From Candidatus Electrothrix communis (lineage in GTDB: Bacteria > Desulfobacterota > Desulfobulbia > Desulfobulbales > Desulfobulbaceae): a DNA stretch of 24,000 bases. Location: positions 1,628,795 through 1,652,794 of the forward strand of contig CP130629.1 of NCBI GenBank assembly GCA_030644725.1, given 5' to 3'. The position numbers and the translations under genes are program-made. The notes beneath the pieces were generated by a model that worked only from the letters and a program-made list of their open reading frames with translations, searched no databases and was not told the DNA's origin. Position 1 is the stretch's first letter. Every line of letters begins with the position of its first letter. Below are positions 13,619 through 22,277 of the stretch, piece after piece.

Positions 13619-14725
13619 CTATAAAAAGCTTAACAACAATTGTTCATATGCAGCTAAAATTTTATCCCATTTAAATCTCAAAAAATTTTCAGCCGCTTTC
13701 GATTCCAGCATTTCTATGAGTGATTTTTTCTCAATAAGCTTTTCAAATGCTTTTTCCAAGGATAATAGATCGTTGAAATAAATAGCTGCGTCCTTTGCAA
13801 CCCACCGATTAAATATATTGTTATGTGCAAGTATGGCGTTTCCTGCACCTAATGCCTCAACAAGCGAAGGGTTAGTTCCACCTACTTGATGGCCATGTAC
13901 ATAAAATTGAGCAAAAAAACGTAAGGCTCTAATTTTATCAGTATCGTAAATCGCTCCAAGGAATAACACTTCTTCACTGGCTGCATCAATAACCTTTTGA
14001 TGATAAATATTAACATCAGGATCATAGTTACCTAAAATCACGAAATTAATCCCTCGCTTCTGAGCAGAGAATGCGCTAACCAGTTCAAATATTGAATTTT
14101 CAGGTTCTGCACGAGCTATTAAAATAGCATATTTTTTTTTGGTTATACTATACTGATTTAATATTTTCTCGTTAGCTTCAAGAACTTCATCTCCTCCGTA
14201 TGGAATCATGGTAATTTTTTCTCGAGAAGCCCTCTTTGCTAAGTGATCGACTATACATGGATGATCTGCAATTAGGGCATTCCCAAAAAAACAACCCAAC
14301 CCCTCATTGAGCCAAAACCAAATTTTTGCCAGTCTTCCCCACTTTTGCCGCTTCCATTCAATACCATCCATATTGATAATATTTTTTTTTCCCTTCATAC
14401 GATATAGGAAATTAAACATTGCAGTATTGTAACCTAGGGTTAAAAAAACACCATCGTATTGAAGTGAATGAAGAACTGATTTAAGATCAAAAATAATAGT
14501 ACCAATTGGTCCTTTTCTCTTAACAGGGACATGTATCCGTGTTACTCCCTCCCATTCAGATTGATATACTGGACCAGCTATTCCATCCTCCTGACAATAA
14601 ATTACTACTTTCCACTTACGCGCAACCAAATGGCGGTAAAGGTGCTCAGCGAATGTCTCGAAACCGCCGTGTTGTGCTGGTACACCACGAATTCCTGTAA
14701 TGATAATTTTTTTCACAGAACACAT
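13619..14725 (-). CDS. Glycosyltransferase, GT4/GT1 family with DUF1972-type N-terminus
   Basis: KKIIITGIRGVPAQHGGFETFAEHLYRHLVARKWKVVIYCQ is a DUF1972-like N-terminus. The C-terminal ..HGHQVGGTNPSLVEALGAGNAILAHNN.. is a GT1 nucleotide-sugar binding motif. Confidence 0.85.
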   Translation of the reverse strand: MCSVKKIIITGIRGVPAQHGGFETFAEHLYRHLVARKWKVVIYCQEDGIAGPVYQSEWEGVTRIHVPVKRKGPIGTIIFDLKSVLHSLQYDGVFLTLGYNTAMFNFLYRMKGKKNIINMDGIEWKRQKWGRLAKIWFWLNEGLGCFFGNALIADHPCIVDHLAKRASREKITMIPYGGDEVLEANEKILNQYSITKKKYAILIARAEPENSIFELVSAFSAQKRGINFVILGNYDPDVNIYHQKVIDAASEEVLFLGAIYDTDKIRALRFFAQFYVHGHQVGGTNPSLVEALGAGNAILAHNNIFNRWVAKDAAIYFNDLLSLEKAFEKLIEKKSLIEMLESKAAENFLRFKWDKILAAYEQLLLSFL

Positions 14726-14775
14726 ACGTTAGCCTCAGTTAAATAAAATCAATATTAAAGTCAAACTTCCTTCCT

Positions 14776-15892
14776 GCATTCGTATAATAAGTGCATAACC
14801 TCCTCAGGTGTCTGATACCGGAAACATCTTTGAGTAAAGCAAAACACAGGTGTATTCTGAAAGTAGGTACTGAACCCTTCCTGGAGGTTGCAAATGAACT
14901 ACAAACAACTGAGTCTTGCCGAAAGATACTATATCGAAATTGAGCTGAAAAAGAAAGTGTCGCATAATCAGATTGCCAAAGCAATAGGGCGCTCTCAAAG
15001 TACTGTTTCTCGGGAGATCCGTCGTCATACAGGCCAAAGGGGATACCGAAATAAACAGGCTGATCGTTTCGCCTTGGAACGGCATGCCGACAAAGCAAAA
15101 GTAGTTAAAATGAAAGGAGAAATTAAACACATAGTTTCTGTCTGCCTTCAAAACGACTGGAGTCCTGAGCAAATCGCCGGTCGTCTGCGTGAAGAGAGCG
15201 TGGTGTGCCTTCATCATGAAACCGTATATCAGTACATTTTGACCGACAAAGCAAGCGGGGGACAGCTTTACAAACACTTACGTCATCAGGGAAAAACATA
15301 CCGGAAACGCTACGGATCAGCTCACAACCCGTACAGGGATCCCCAATCGTAGAGACATTGACGAACGTCCTGCCGAAGTCAACGCCCGAAAGCGTATAGG
15401 CGACTGGGAAGCCGATACAATTATAGGGAAAAATCATAAAGGAGCTGTTGTCACCCTTGATGAAAGAAAATCGAAACGGCGTCTTGCTGCACCCCTGCCG
15501 GGCAAAAAAGCAAAATATGTTAAGGATGCGATGATCGCATTGTTTTATCCTTTGAAAAGATTTGTCAAAACAGTAACTTTTGACAACGGCAAGGAGTTCA
15601 CTCTTCATGAGGACATTGCCGAGGAAATCGAATGTGAGACCTATTTCGCCAAGCCCTACCATTCTTGGGAAAGGGGGCAGAATGAAAATGCAAACGGTCT
15701 GTTACGGCAATATTTTCCGAAGAATATGGAGCTGCTTGATATCACTATGGAGCAGGTTGTAAGTGCTGTAGACAAGCTTAACAGCAGGCCGAGAAAATGT
15801 CTCAAGTTCAAAACACCCTATGAGGTATTTGAAAAACTAACCGGGGTGGATGTCAGAAAAATTATGGGTTATGCACTTATTACTTGAATCCA
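14776..15892 (+). mobile_element. IS30-family insertion sequence (~1.1 kb) with ~25-bp imperfect terminal inverted repeats
   Basis: IRL is GCATTCGTATAATAAGTGCATAACC (14776-14800). IRR is GGTTATGCACTTATTACTTGAATCC (15868-15892), giving 21/25 matches with a 16-nt perfect inner core. The repeats enclose an IS30-type transposase gene. Confidence 0.75.
14894..15887 (+). pseudogene. IS30-family transposase, frameshifted
   Basis: Frame A (14894-15352): MNYKQLSLAERYYIEIELKKKVSHNQIAKAIGRSQSTVSREIRRH.. (helix-turn-helix) ending ..YRKRYGSAHNPYRDPQS*. Frame +1 continues GIPNRRDIDERPAEVNARKRIGDWEADTIIG..DNGKEF..YFAKPYHSWERGQNENANGLLRQYFPK.. (DDE core). The shift lies somewhere within 15243-15350, probably near 15326-15340. 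GGAGG ribosome-binding site 6 nt before the ATG. Confidence 0.85.
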
Positions 15893-15971
15893 GGCTTTGC
15901 AAATTACTTTAATATCATACCTATAAGCAGTATGTTTTTTTGCTAGTCTGAAAAGTGTCCATAAATCCATT

Positions 15972-17662
15972 GGGTGCGGCTCTTTTCATGCAAGCCTAAC
16001 CGGTTATACCATCGACGGAACAGCATCACCGTTCGGTACCCAGCTATAGTTTCTGCACCTTTCCTTCCAAAAATGAAAACTCAGGTAATCTTTCAAATCA
16101 CCGCTGGTTTTCAGCGCTCTCAATTTCAGCACCGCATCTGCTGATTTAAGCCGCCAACGAGCACCGGTGAGATCCATGCGATCCTTAACCAAGTGACGGC
16201 AAGCTCCCTCTATTACACCGGTGGCGATAGGCAGTCCTTTTGAGAGAGCTTCTTCATATCTCAGGCGTTTCTGATTTTTCTCAATATAATTCGCAGCGGT
16301 ATCCGAAGAAATACGTTCATTTTCGTCTAATCCTCTACGTGTGGCCGCACGACGCAAACCGCTTGCCACACTTTGTGCGTTTCCTTTCAAAATTTCAAGC
16401 GTACGTCCACGCACCCACTCTTCTCGTCTTTCAACATTTTCTTTGCCCGAATAAAGCGCATGAGCAGATTTCCATAGGTATTCGACGACATGAATGAAAT
16501 CCTGAATAACGGTTATTTTCACATCATACTTCTCCGCCTGCGCCTCGACCTGCCTGATCAAATCGGTCTGCCCGTCAATAAGAACCGCCCATTCCATTTT
16601 TTGCTCAGGATCCCGCCGGAGTGCCTCCTGGAATCCTTGGTCAAGGGCACTTCCCATATCTTCCGTAATCTCCGCCCAAACCCGCTTGTTCTCAATCTTG
16701 GGTCGTAATAGTGAGCTTTCCTGGTCGATACCGAGGATTTGTTCAGGGGTACGCTGATAAGGGAGTGTTTCATACACGGAGACAACGGTCGCCATCCGTT
16801 TTCTACCCTTTTTCTCTCCGGGTTGAAGGCGGGCTTTTTTCTTCCTTTGATCCTCTTTAGCCTGTTTTTTGGCGGCGGGTCGCAGATCCTGATTATGCAT
16901 CGATACGCCTTTTCCGTCTGCTGTGATGACCAAAATATTGCCTTGTTTCGGGGGCGATTCAAGAGGCTGCTCATAAAATTCTTTGAAATCCTGTACAATA
17001 TCCGCAGATACATCCTGAAGTTGACGTTTGGGCAGCATCCCTCCTCCCTGCCGTTCCAGTGACTCCAATGTTTCGTCAAAAGAGGCGATAGCCGCCAGAT
17101 GCGCTATTTCACTCCGCAGACCGTGTGAATACTTGTCGGGCGGCAAGTTTAACTCTGCATCCAGAGGAAAAACGCTGCCGACAAACTGCCCGTAATAACC
17201 GATTCGCGACAACTTAACCTCTCCAAAGCGTGATTCAATTTTTCGAGCAGAACCTGTCCTGCGACGATTGCGACGGATACCATCTTCTCCGACAACGAAT
17301 TCTTTTTTCACCTCTTCAGCAGTGCGTTGAGAAAGATATCCCTGTGCCAACAGTCGTAGAATTTCCTGCCCTTTTTTTTGAATAACTGCTTCCACGTCTC
17401 CGAAAGAGGCTTCGGAAAACCCTGCGCTTGATATGTAGAATGCGAGTTTATCAAGAGACTCAAACGACGAAATATAATGCTCTCTATGACTTTCTGTAAT
17501 GTGGCAAGGGTGGTACATGTTGAAACTCCAAAATGCTGAGTAAAAAATATTTTATATATTCTTACCGCATTAAAAGGAGCAGTTCAAGCAAATAATACAT
17601 AACTCAAAATTAAAGATTGATAATTTATCAACATGTTAAGGTTGAATCAAAAGAGCCGCACC
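15972..17662 (-). mobile_element. ISKra4-like insertion sequence with imperfect inverted repeats and a 10-bp target-site duplication
   Basis: The ends are GGGTGCGGCTCTTTTCATGCAAGCC.. (left) and ..GGTTGAATCAAAAGAGCCGCACC (right), with a 14-nt perfect core GGTGCGGCTCTTTT. TAAATCCATT flanks both sides directly (15962-15971 and 17663-17672). Confidence 0.8.
16004..17518 (-). CDS. Transposase, ISKra4-like family (intact)
   Basis: 504-aa intact ORF bracketed by the inverted repeats. Sequence features such as ..FPLDAELNLPPDKYSHGLRSEIAHLAAIASFDETLESL.. and ..IDGQTDL..VIQDFIHVVEYLWKAAH.. resemble ISKra4-group transposases as I recall them. The family assignment is less certain than the transposase call. 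Confidence 0.7.
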   Translation of the reverse strand: MYHPCHITESHREHYISSFESLDKLAFYISSAGFSEASFGDVEAVIQKKGQEILRLLAQGYLSQRTAEEVKKEFVVGEDGIRRNRRRTGSARKIESRFGEVKLSRIGYYGQFVGSVFPLDAELNLPPDKYSHGLRSEIAHLAAIASFDETLESLERQGGGMLPKRQLQDVSADIVQDFKEFYEQPLESPPKQGNILVITADGKGVSMHNQDLRPAAKKQAKEDQRKKKARLQPGEKKGRKRMATVVSVYETLPYQRTPEQILGIDQESSLLRPKIENKRVWAEITEDMGSALDQGFQEALRRDPEQKMEWAVLIDGQTDLIRQVEAQAEKYDVKITVIQDFIHVVEYLWKSAHALYSGKENVERREEWVRGRTLEILKGNAQSVASGLRRAATRRGLDENERISSDTAANYIEKNQKRLRYEEALSKGLPIATGVIEGACRHLVKDRMDLTGARWRLKSADAVLKLRALKTSGDLKDYLSFHFWKERCRNYSWVPNGDAVPSMV

Positions 17663-17684
17663 TAAATCCATTCAAATAATCTTC

Positions 17685-17801
17685 AGTAGTCCTGCAACGA
17701 GGTGATGATTCTCGATTCGGAGGTTGGTTAGTTGGTAAGGTTTTGCGGGCTTTGGCGGGTAATCCTGAAAAAATCCATCATCATCTCAATGCAGGACTAC
17801 C
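17685..17801. mobile_element. MITE-like non-coding element (~115 bp) with 24-nt inverted arms and an 8-bp flanking direct repeat
   Basis: GTAGTCCTGCAACGAGGTGATGAT (17686-17709) pairs with ATCATCATCTCAATGCAGGACTAC (17777-17800). That gives 11+11 bp, one of them a G:T (G.U) mismatch, around a 2x2 internal loop. TAATCTTC is present at 17677-17684 and 17802-17809. The element is GC-richer than its surroundings. Confidence 0.55.
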
Positions 17802-17833
17802 TAATCTTCCTTGTGTTAATTTCCCCGGTTTCT

Positions 17834-18493
17834 CTAGATTTTTCTTTTACAGCTTACTAAATATGACTTAGTAAAGCCTAAAAATTTTTCTCGACAAATT
17901 TCACCTGTTGAAAAAAGTTTTCTCATGTCAGAATATGCTAATAACTCTATTTCCCAGAAATATTTTTCGGCTTTGACATTGGTTGCCAATGTCAAAATTC
18001 GCCATGGACTTAACTTGACAAAAAGTCTACCTATCTTCCGAGGTAACCAATGAATAAAAGGCATTATAAAATGCGGCTCAAGGAAAAATTCATATGCTGG
18101 TGTTTGTACAAAAACTCTCTCTCCTACTCTGTAAAGCTCCTCAATCAACTTTTGACGTTGTTCCTTTGGTACATGCTCAATTACAGAATTACAAATCACC
18201 AAATCATATGATTTCGATAATTCAGGGATATTTTTTCCATCGTAAATTATAGTTTTAATCTTATTATCCTTTTTGACAGGATTCGTTTCTGATAATGAAA
18301 CATTATAGATCGTTATCTTCTCTGTATCTATATTTAATCCTGTCTTTTCCCAGAAATGTGAGGAGCCGCCAACATCACATATCCTGTATTTTTCAATAAA
18401 AGGATACTGCTGCTTCAGATATCTCCCTCTTTTTTTTCTAAAATAAGAAGTAATAGGATGGATAAAACTATGCCAAAGTATCAATTTTTTCAT
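17834..18493 (-). CDS. Class I SAM-dependent methyltransferase
   Basis: ..ICDVGGSSHFW.. (motif I-like) and ..YDLVICNSVIEHVPKEQRQKLIEEL.. (Methyltransf_11/23-like). 219 aa. Confidence 0.7.
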   Translation of the reverse strand: MKKLILWHSFIHPITSYFRKKRGRYLKQQYPFIEKYRICDVGGSSHFWEKTGLNIDTEKITIYNVSLSETNPVKKDNKIKTIIYDGKNIPELSKSYDLVICNSVIEHVPKEQRQKLIEELYRVGERVFVQTPAYEFFLEPHFIMPFIHWLPRKIGRLFVKLSPWRILTLATNVKAEKYFWEIELLAYSDMRKLFSTGEICREKFLGFTKSYLVSCKRKI

Positions 18494-18511
18494 TTGACCT
18501 ACCTGAATTTT

Positions 18512-19426
18512 CTACTTATGTTGTTTTATCAACCACTCATACTGTTTTTTTATGCCTGTTTCAAGTGGTATCGAAGCATTCCAACCAAAATGTTCTTCAG
18601 CCAGTTTACTATCCAAAACAATCTCGTTGACATCAAAATCACGAGCTTCTCTATATTGCTTACTAATAGTTACATCCGTAACTTTTTCGATAGTATCAAT
18701 GAGTTGATTAATGCTGAAGCCAATTCCTGAACCGGCATTGTAAACTCCGCACCTGTTACTGGAAAGCACCTTATATACCAATCTAGCCAAATCTTTAACA
18801 TAAAGATAATCGCGCACTGCTGTACCATCACCATATATCATTGTAGGAAGTTCATTCATGGCATTAGTTAATAGTGTAGATATAATACCCTGTACGCCCT
18901 TATGCCCTTGACGCTCTCCATAAGGATTAGATGGGCGAATAATTACCGGTTTAATACCGAAATTCATCTTGGATACTTCAATAAAATTTTCGATAGCAAC
19001 CTTTACAACGCCATAGTTAGATATAGGTTTTAACGGCGCGTTCTCATCGACGGGATTCAATAGTGGGTTTCCATAAACAGTACCGCCTGATGAAAAATAA
19101 AGTAGCCGAGATATTCCTTGTTCTCCCATTAAACGTAACAGCTCAACTGACCCTATTAAATTGCTTTCAATGTCAAAAATGGGCGAAAAAAAACTTGTAG
19201 ATGGAACGGTTGTACTTATACAATGAACTACTGCCTCAACTCCGACTAAGGCTTCTGCAAGCTTACCTTTGTCAAGAAAATCTCCCAAAAAAAAATCAAC
19301 ATTGTGTTGAAAATGAAAGCACTCAGAATTTCGAACAAAAATTCTTACAGTATGATTTGTAGCGGTCAGTAACTCAACAATATGTGAGCCTATAAAACCA
19401 TTCCCTCCCAAAACTAAAATATTCAC
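18512..19426 (-). CDS. NAD-dependent epimerase/dehydratase family protein (SDR, sugar-nucleotide modifying)
   Basis: MNILVLGGNGFIGSHIVELL (Rossmann GxxGxxG). ..SSGGTVYG.. and ..YGVVKVAIE.. (YxxxK catalytic motif). 304 aa. Confidence 0.9.
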   Translation of the reverse strand: MNILVLGGNGFIGSHIVELLTATNHTVRIFVRNSECFHFQHNVDFFLGDFLDKGKLAEALVGVEAVVHCISTTVPSTSFFSPIFDIESNLIGSVELLRLMGEQGISRLLYFSSGGTVYGNPLLNPVDENAPLKPISNYGVVKVAIENFIEVSKMNFGIKPVIIRPSNPYGERQGHKGVQGIISTLLTNAMNELPTMIYGDGTAVRDYLYVKDLARLVYKVLSSNRCGVYNAGSGIGFSINQLIDTIEKVTDVTISKQYREARDFDVNEIVLDSKLAEEHFGWNASIPLETGIKKQYEWLIKQHK

Positions 19427-19500
19427 AGCTCTATGTATCCTTGGGACAACAAACTCTATTTATTAAAAATTTCAAAAAAAATGCCTCAGCTTGGTAATTC

Positions 19501-20679
19501 TTAATCTGAGCTAGCAGCTTGGACAAAATCAAGTACTGATTCCGTATAGTTATCAATCGAGAACATTTTATTAGACCGAGAAATTGCATTTACGCCAAAT
19601 TGACGCCTTAAGTTTGGCGATGTTATTAACTCTAGAATACTTCCAGCTAGCTTTTCTGGGTTATTAGGTGGCACTAAAAAACCGGTTTTGTTATCGGCTA
19701 TAGCCTCTACTGTTCCGCCAATATTAGTCCCAATAACTGGGATTCCAAGAGTCATTGCTGCAATTGTAACCGTTGCATTTGGCTCAGGTAGCTTTGAAGG
19801 TACTACTAAAATATCCATTGATCCCAGCCAATTTTGAAAATCTTTCTGAAAACCAAGGACAGTCGAGTTACTACTAAGATTTTCTGATGCTGAAATTAAT
19901 TCTCGAAGTTGAATTTCGTAGTCATGTTGATCAGAATAAACACTTCCTAAAAAAATAAAATGGGTGTTTTCAGTTACGTTACTATTAGTTAAAATAATTT
20001 GTGCCGCTAACGCCATTATTTCTTGGCCTTTCCAAGCGTTAAATCTACCGGCAAACCCTATTAGTACAGTACTTGTACTAATGTTTATCTTTTTCCTTAT
20101 TTCTGCACGATCAACTTTATTTTTATTATATACTGTTCTGTCCACTCCATGGTAAATCGTAACAAATTTACTTTCATTAACTTTATAATTTTTTAAAAAA
20201 TGTTGCCTTACTGCATCTGATATACAAAAGACCTTGCTTGATAACGACCCGACGACATGAGATATAGTCCAGGAAACGACCTTAGGGCTTTCAATAATCT
20301 CCATAACTTGCCAATAATGCTTTTTCCTTGATAGCAGTGCCGAAAAACCACCAGTCCATACAGCTGAAGTATTTGAATGAAATGCTAGTACATCGTATTT
20401 TCTCTGAGTAATTAGCACATAATATATAGACTTAATTAAATTTTTCAGAAAAAGCATCACTCCTAAAATTGACATGTGTTCTCTTCTTAAAATAGCTAAA
20501 TCAATTATTTGGACTTCTACCTCATGAGCTCTTAATTTATCTACAAGCGGGCCATTGACTGGTAAAAAAACAACGCATTTATATCGCATTAAAGCTTTTT
20601 TTACTAATTCTAACAAAACATAGTCACTGCCGTATAGATCTGCACTTGCATGAAAAAAAAAGATAGCTTTTTTATGCAT
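19501..20679 (-). CDS. Glycosyltransferase family 4 (GT-B, GT1-type)
   Basis: ..GFAGRFNAWKGQEIM.. and ..LVVPSKLPEPNATVTIAAMTLGIPVIGTNIGGTVEAIADNKTGFLVPP.. (E-x7-E region). 392 aa. Confidence 0.9.
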   Translation of the reverse strand: MHKKAIFFFHASADLYGSDYVLLELVKKALMRYKCVVFLPVNGPLVDKLRAHEVEVQIIDLAILRREHMSILGVMLFLKNLIKSIYYVLITQRKYDVLAFHSNTSAVWTGGFSALLSRKKHYWQVMEIIESPKVVSWTISHVVGSLSSKVFCISDAVRQHFLKNYKVNESKFVTIYHGVDRTVYNKNKVDRAEIRKKINISTSTVLIGFAGRFNAWKGQEIMALAAQIILTNSNVTENTHFIFLGSVYSDQHDYEIQLRELISASENLSSNSTVLGFQKDFQNWLGSMDILVVPSKLPEPNATVTIAAMTLGIPVIGTNIGGTVEAIADNKTGFLVPPNNPEKLAGSILELITSPNLRRQFGVNAISRSNKMFSIDNYTESVLDFVQAASSD

Positions 20680-20681
20680 TA

Positions 20682-21305
20682 TTATTTCCTTTTACCCACT
20701 ACCACAGCTGGTACTCCTGCAACAATGGAGTATTCTGGAACAGATTTAGTAACTACTGCCCCCGCTGCTACAATTGAACCCTTTCCTATCGTTACTCCTG
20801 ACAGAATAGTAGCATTTGTTGCCAACCAGATATCATCTTCAATAATAACTGGTTTACGCACCACCCCTTGTAACTTCATTGGGATATGCGTTTTTTGATA
20901 AAGATGATTCTCTGAGTGGATAGTTACTTTTGGTGACATCATTACATTCTCTCCTATAATCACACCTCCACCACAACCAATATAACTATATGCACCAATG
21001 TTGGAATTATTTCCAACTGTAAGGCCAACGCCTTCTTCACGGCCATAATATCCCGACGCTCTTATCATAGCAAATGCCCCTACAGTGATATTTTTTCCAA
21101 ATTTTATACCATTGGTAGATCTACCTTGAATTTCACTGTAGTCCTCAATGACTACTCTTCCTGAAAAAAAAATCTTGTTTTTATTTCTAAGTCGTACCCC
21201 TTTTCCAATAAACAACAAATAGGTATCAGAATTTAAAAATGGGCGATACAAAATTCCCCTAATTATCATAATTAACGGCTTGATTTTCGTTTCAAAAAAC
21301 TTCAT
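20682..21305 (-). CDS. Hexapeptide-repeat (LbH) sugar O-acyltransferase
   Basis: ..VGNNSNIGAYSYIGCGGGVIIGENVMMSPKVTIHSENH..PVIIEDDIWLATNATILSGVTIGKGSIVAAGAVVTKSVPEYSIVAGVPA.. shows left-handed beta-helix repeats, as in WcaF/LacA-type acetyltransferases. Confidence 0.88.
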   Translation of the reverse strand: MKFFETKIKPLIMIIRGILYRPFLNSDTYLLFIGKGVRLRNKNKIFFSGRVVIEDYSEIQGRSTNGIKFGKNITVGAFAMIRASGYYGREEGVGLTVGNNSNIGAYSYIGCGGGVIIGENVMMSPKVTIHSENHLYQKTHIPMKLQGVVRKPVIIEDDIWLATNATILSGVTIGKGSIVAAGAVVTKSVPEYSIVAGVPAVVVGKRK

Positions 21306-21475
21306 ACAACCTATTGTTTTTGCATTATTATATCACAGCACAATGGAATAAAGTCACAATTTAATTTGAGCTATATACTTTCAGATCTAATCCATGTAGT
21401 AACTTTATAACCTAGCCTACTCACTGCTAAAATATCATTCTTATAAATTTTATAAATATAAACCTTATCATCAGG

Positions 21476-22277
21476 TTATATACTTAAATTTTTATTTGAA
21501 AATATATTTTTCAGTATCATGTTATCAATAATTTTTATTAAATAGAATATCAACAAGCTAAACCTTCCCCTTACATGTAAACACAGGCCAAATTGGCTAT
21601 ATTTTTTTTTCAAGAAAAAAGAACTAGTTGCAAAACTTAACAAAGTTAATCGATTATAATTCCTTACAGAGTTTTTTGCTCTTTTTCTATAAAAAGGGGG
21701 CCTTTTCTGGAAATCTAAGCCTAAAAAATTAACAATTCCTCTTATTGCTTTATTAAAATTTTTATATAACAATTCATCAGTAAGTATATATAAATTCTCA
21801 TCACCTATAATTTCTTTGCACATCTTTATTGACTCAGCATAATACCCATAATCTATTATTTCTTGTGCCTTTTCGCCTAACTCAGCTATTCTGTCTTGTT
21901 TGACAAGATCAACAATATCGTTTAAAGGCATTACAGGAATTAAACCAACCTGCATGTACCAAAGTGCAGCAGAAAAAAACGATCAACAGGATTCCTTAAG
22001 ATAACAATGGCTTTAATTTTATGATTATATTTTTTAAACGCTCTATGCAAATCCTTCTAGGAAAGTAGTCAGGACATTTTATTCCATTAATTTTATTCCT
22101 ACTGAATTGAGAAATAAACCTTGATTTATTCTTCTTAAATTCATGATAATTACAATCATCAAACCAATTAGACTCCATCTTTGGCATATATATATTATTG
22201 TGTCTGCGCAAAAAGTTATGTATTGACGAGGTCGCAGCCTTCTGAACACCTATAATTGCAAAATCAATACGTGCCAT
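21476..22277 (-). pseudogene. Sulfotransferase, split across three frames by two -1 shifts in homopolymer tracts
   Basis: The N-terminal ORF gives MARIDFAIIGVQKAATSSIHNFL (5'-PSB loop). The middle frame reads ..KKYNHKIKAIVILRNPVDRFF.. (3'-PB motif RNPxDR). The third frame continues SAALWYMQVGLIPVMP.. into ORF 21476..21955. The shifts are at T6 (22030-22035) and A7 (21973-21979) on the + strand. Confidence 0.8.

Noticed and set aside
14739-15662. Minus-strand ORFs (119, 157 and 179 aa) overlapping the IS30 element
   Set aside because: They are antisense to a transposase gene with clear IS30 homology in two sense frames, and they carry no motifs of their own.
16558-17079. 173-aa alternative-frame ORF and two + strand ORFs inside the ISKra4-like transposase gene
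   Set aside because: They are nested in an intact 504-aa transposase ORF and have basic, low-complexity translations, so they are shadow frames.
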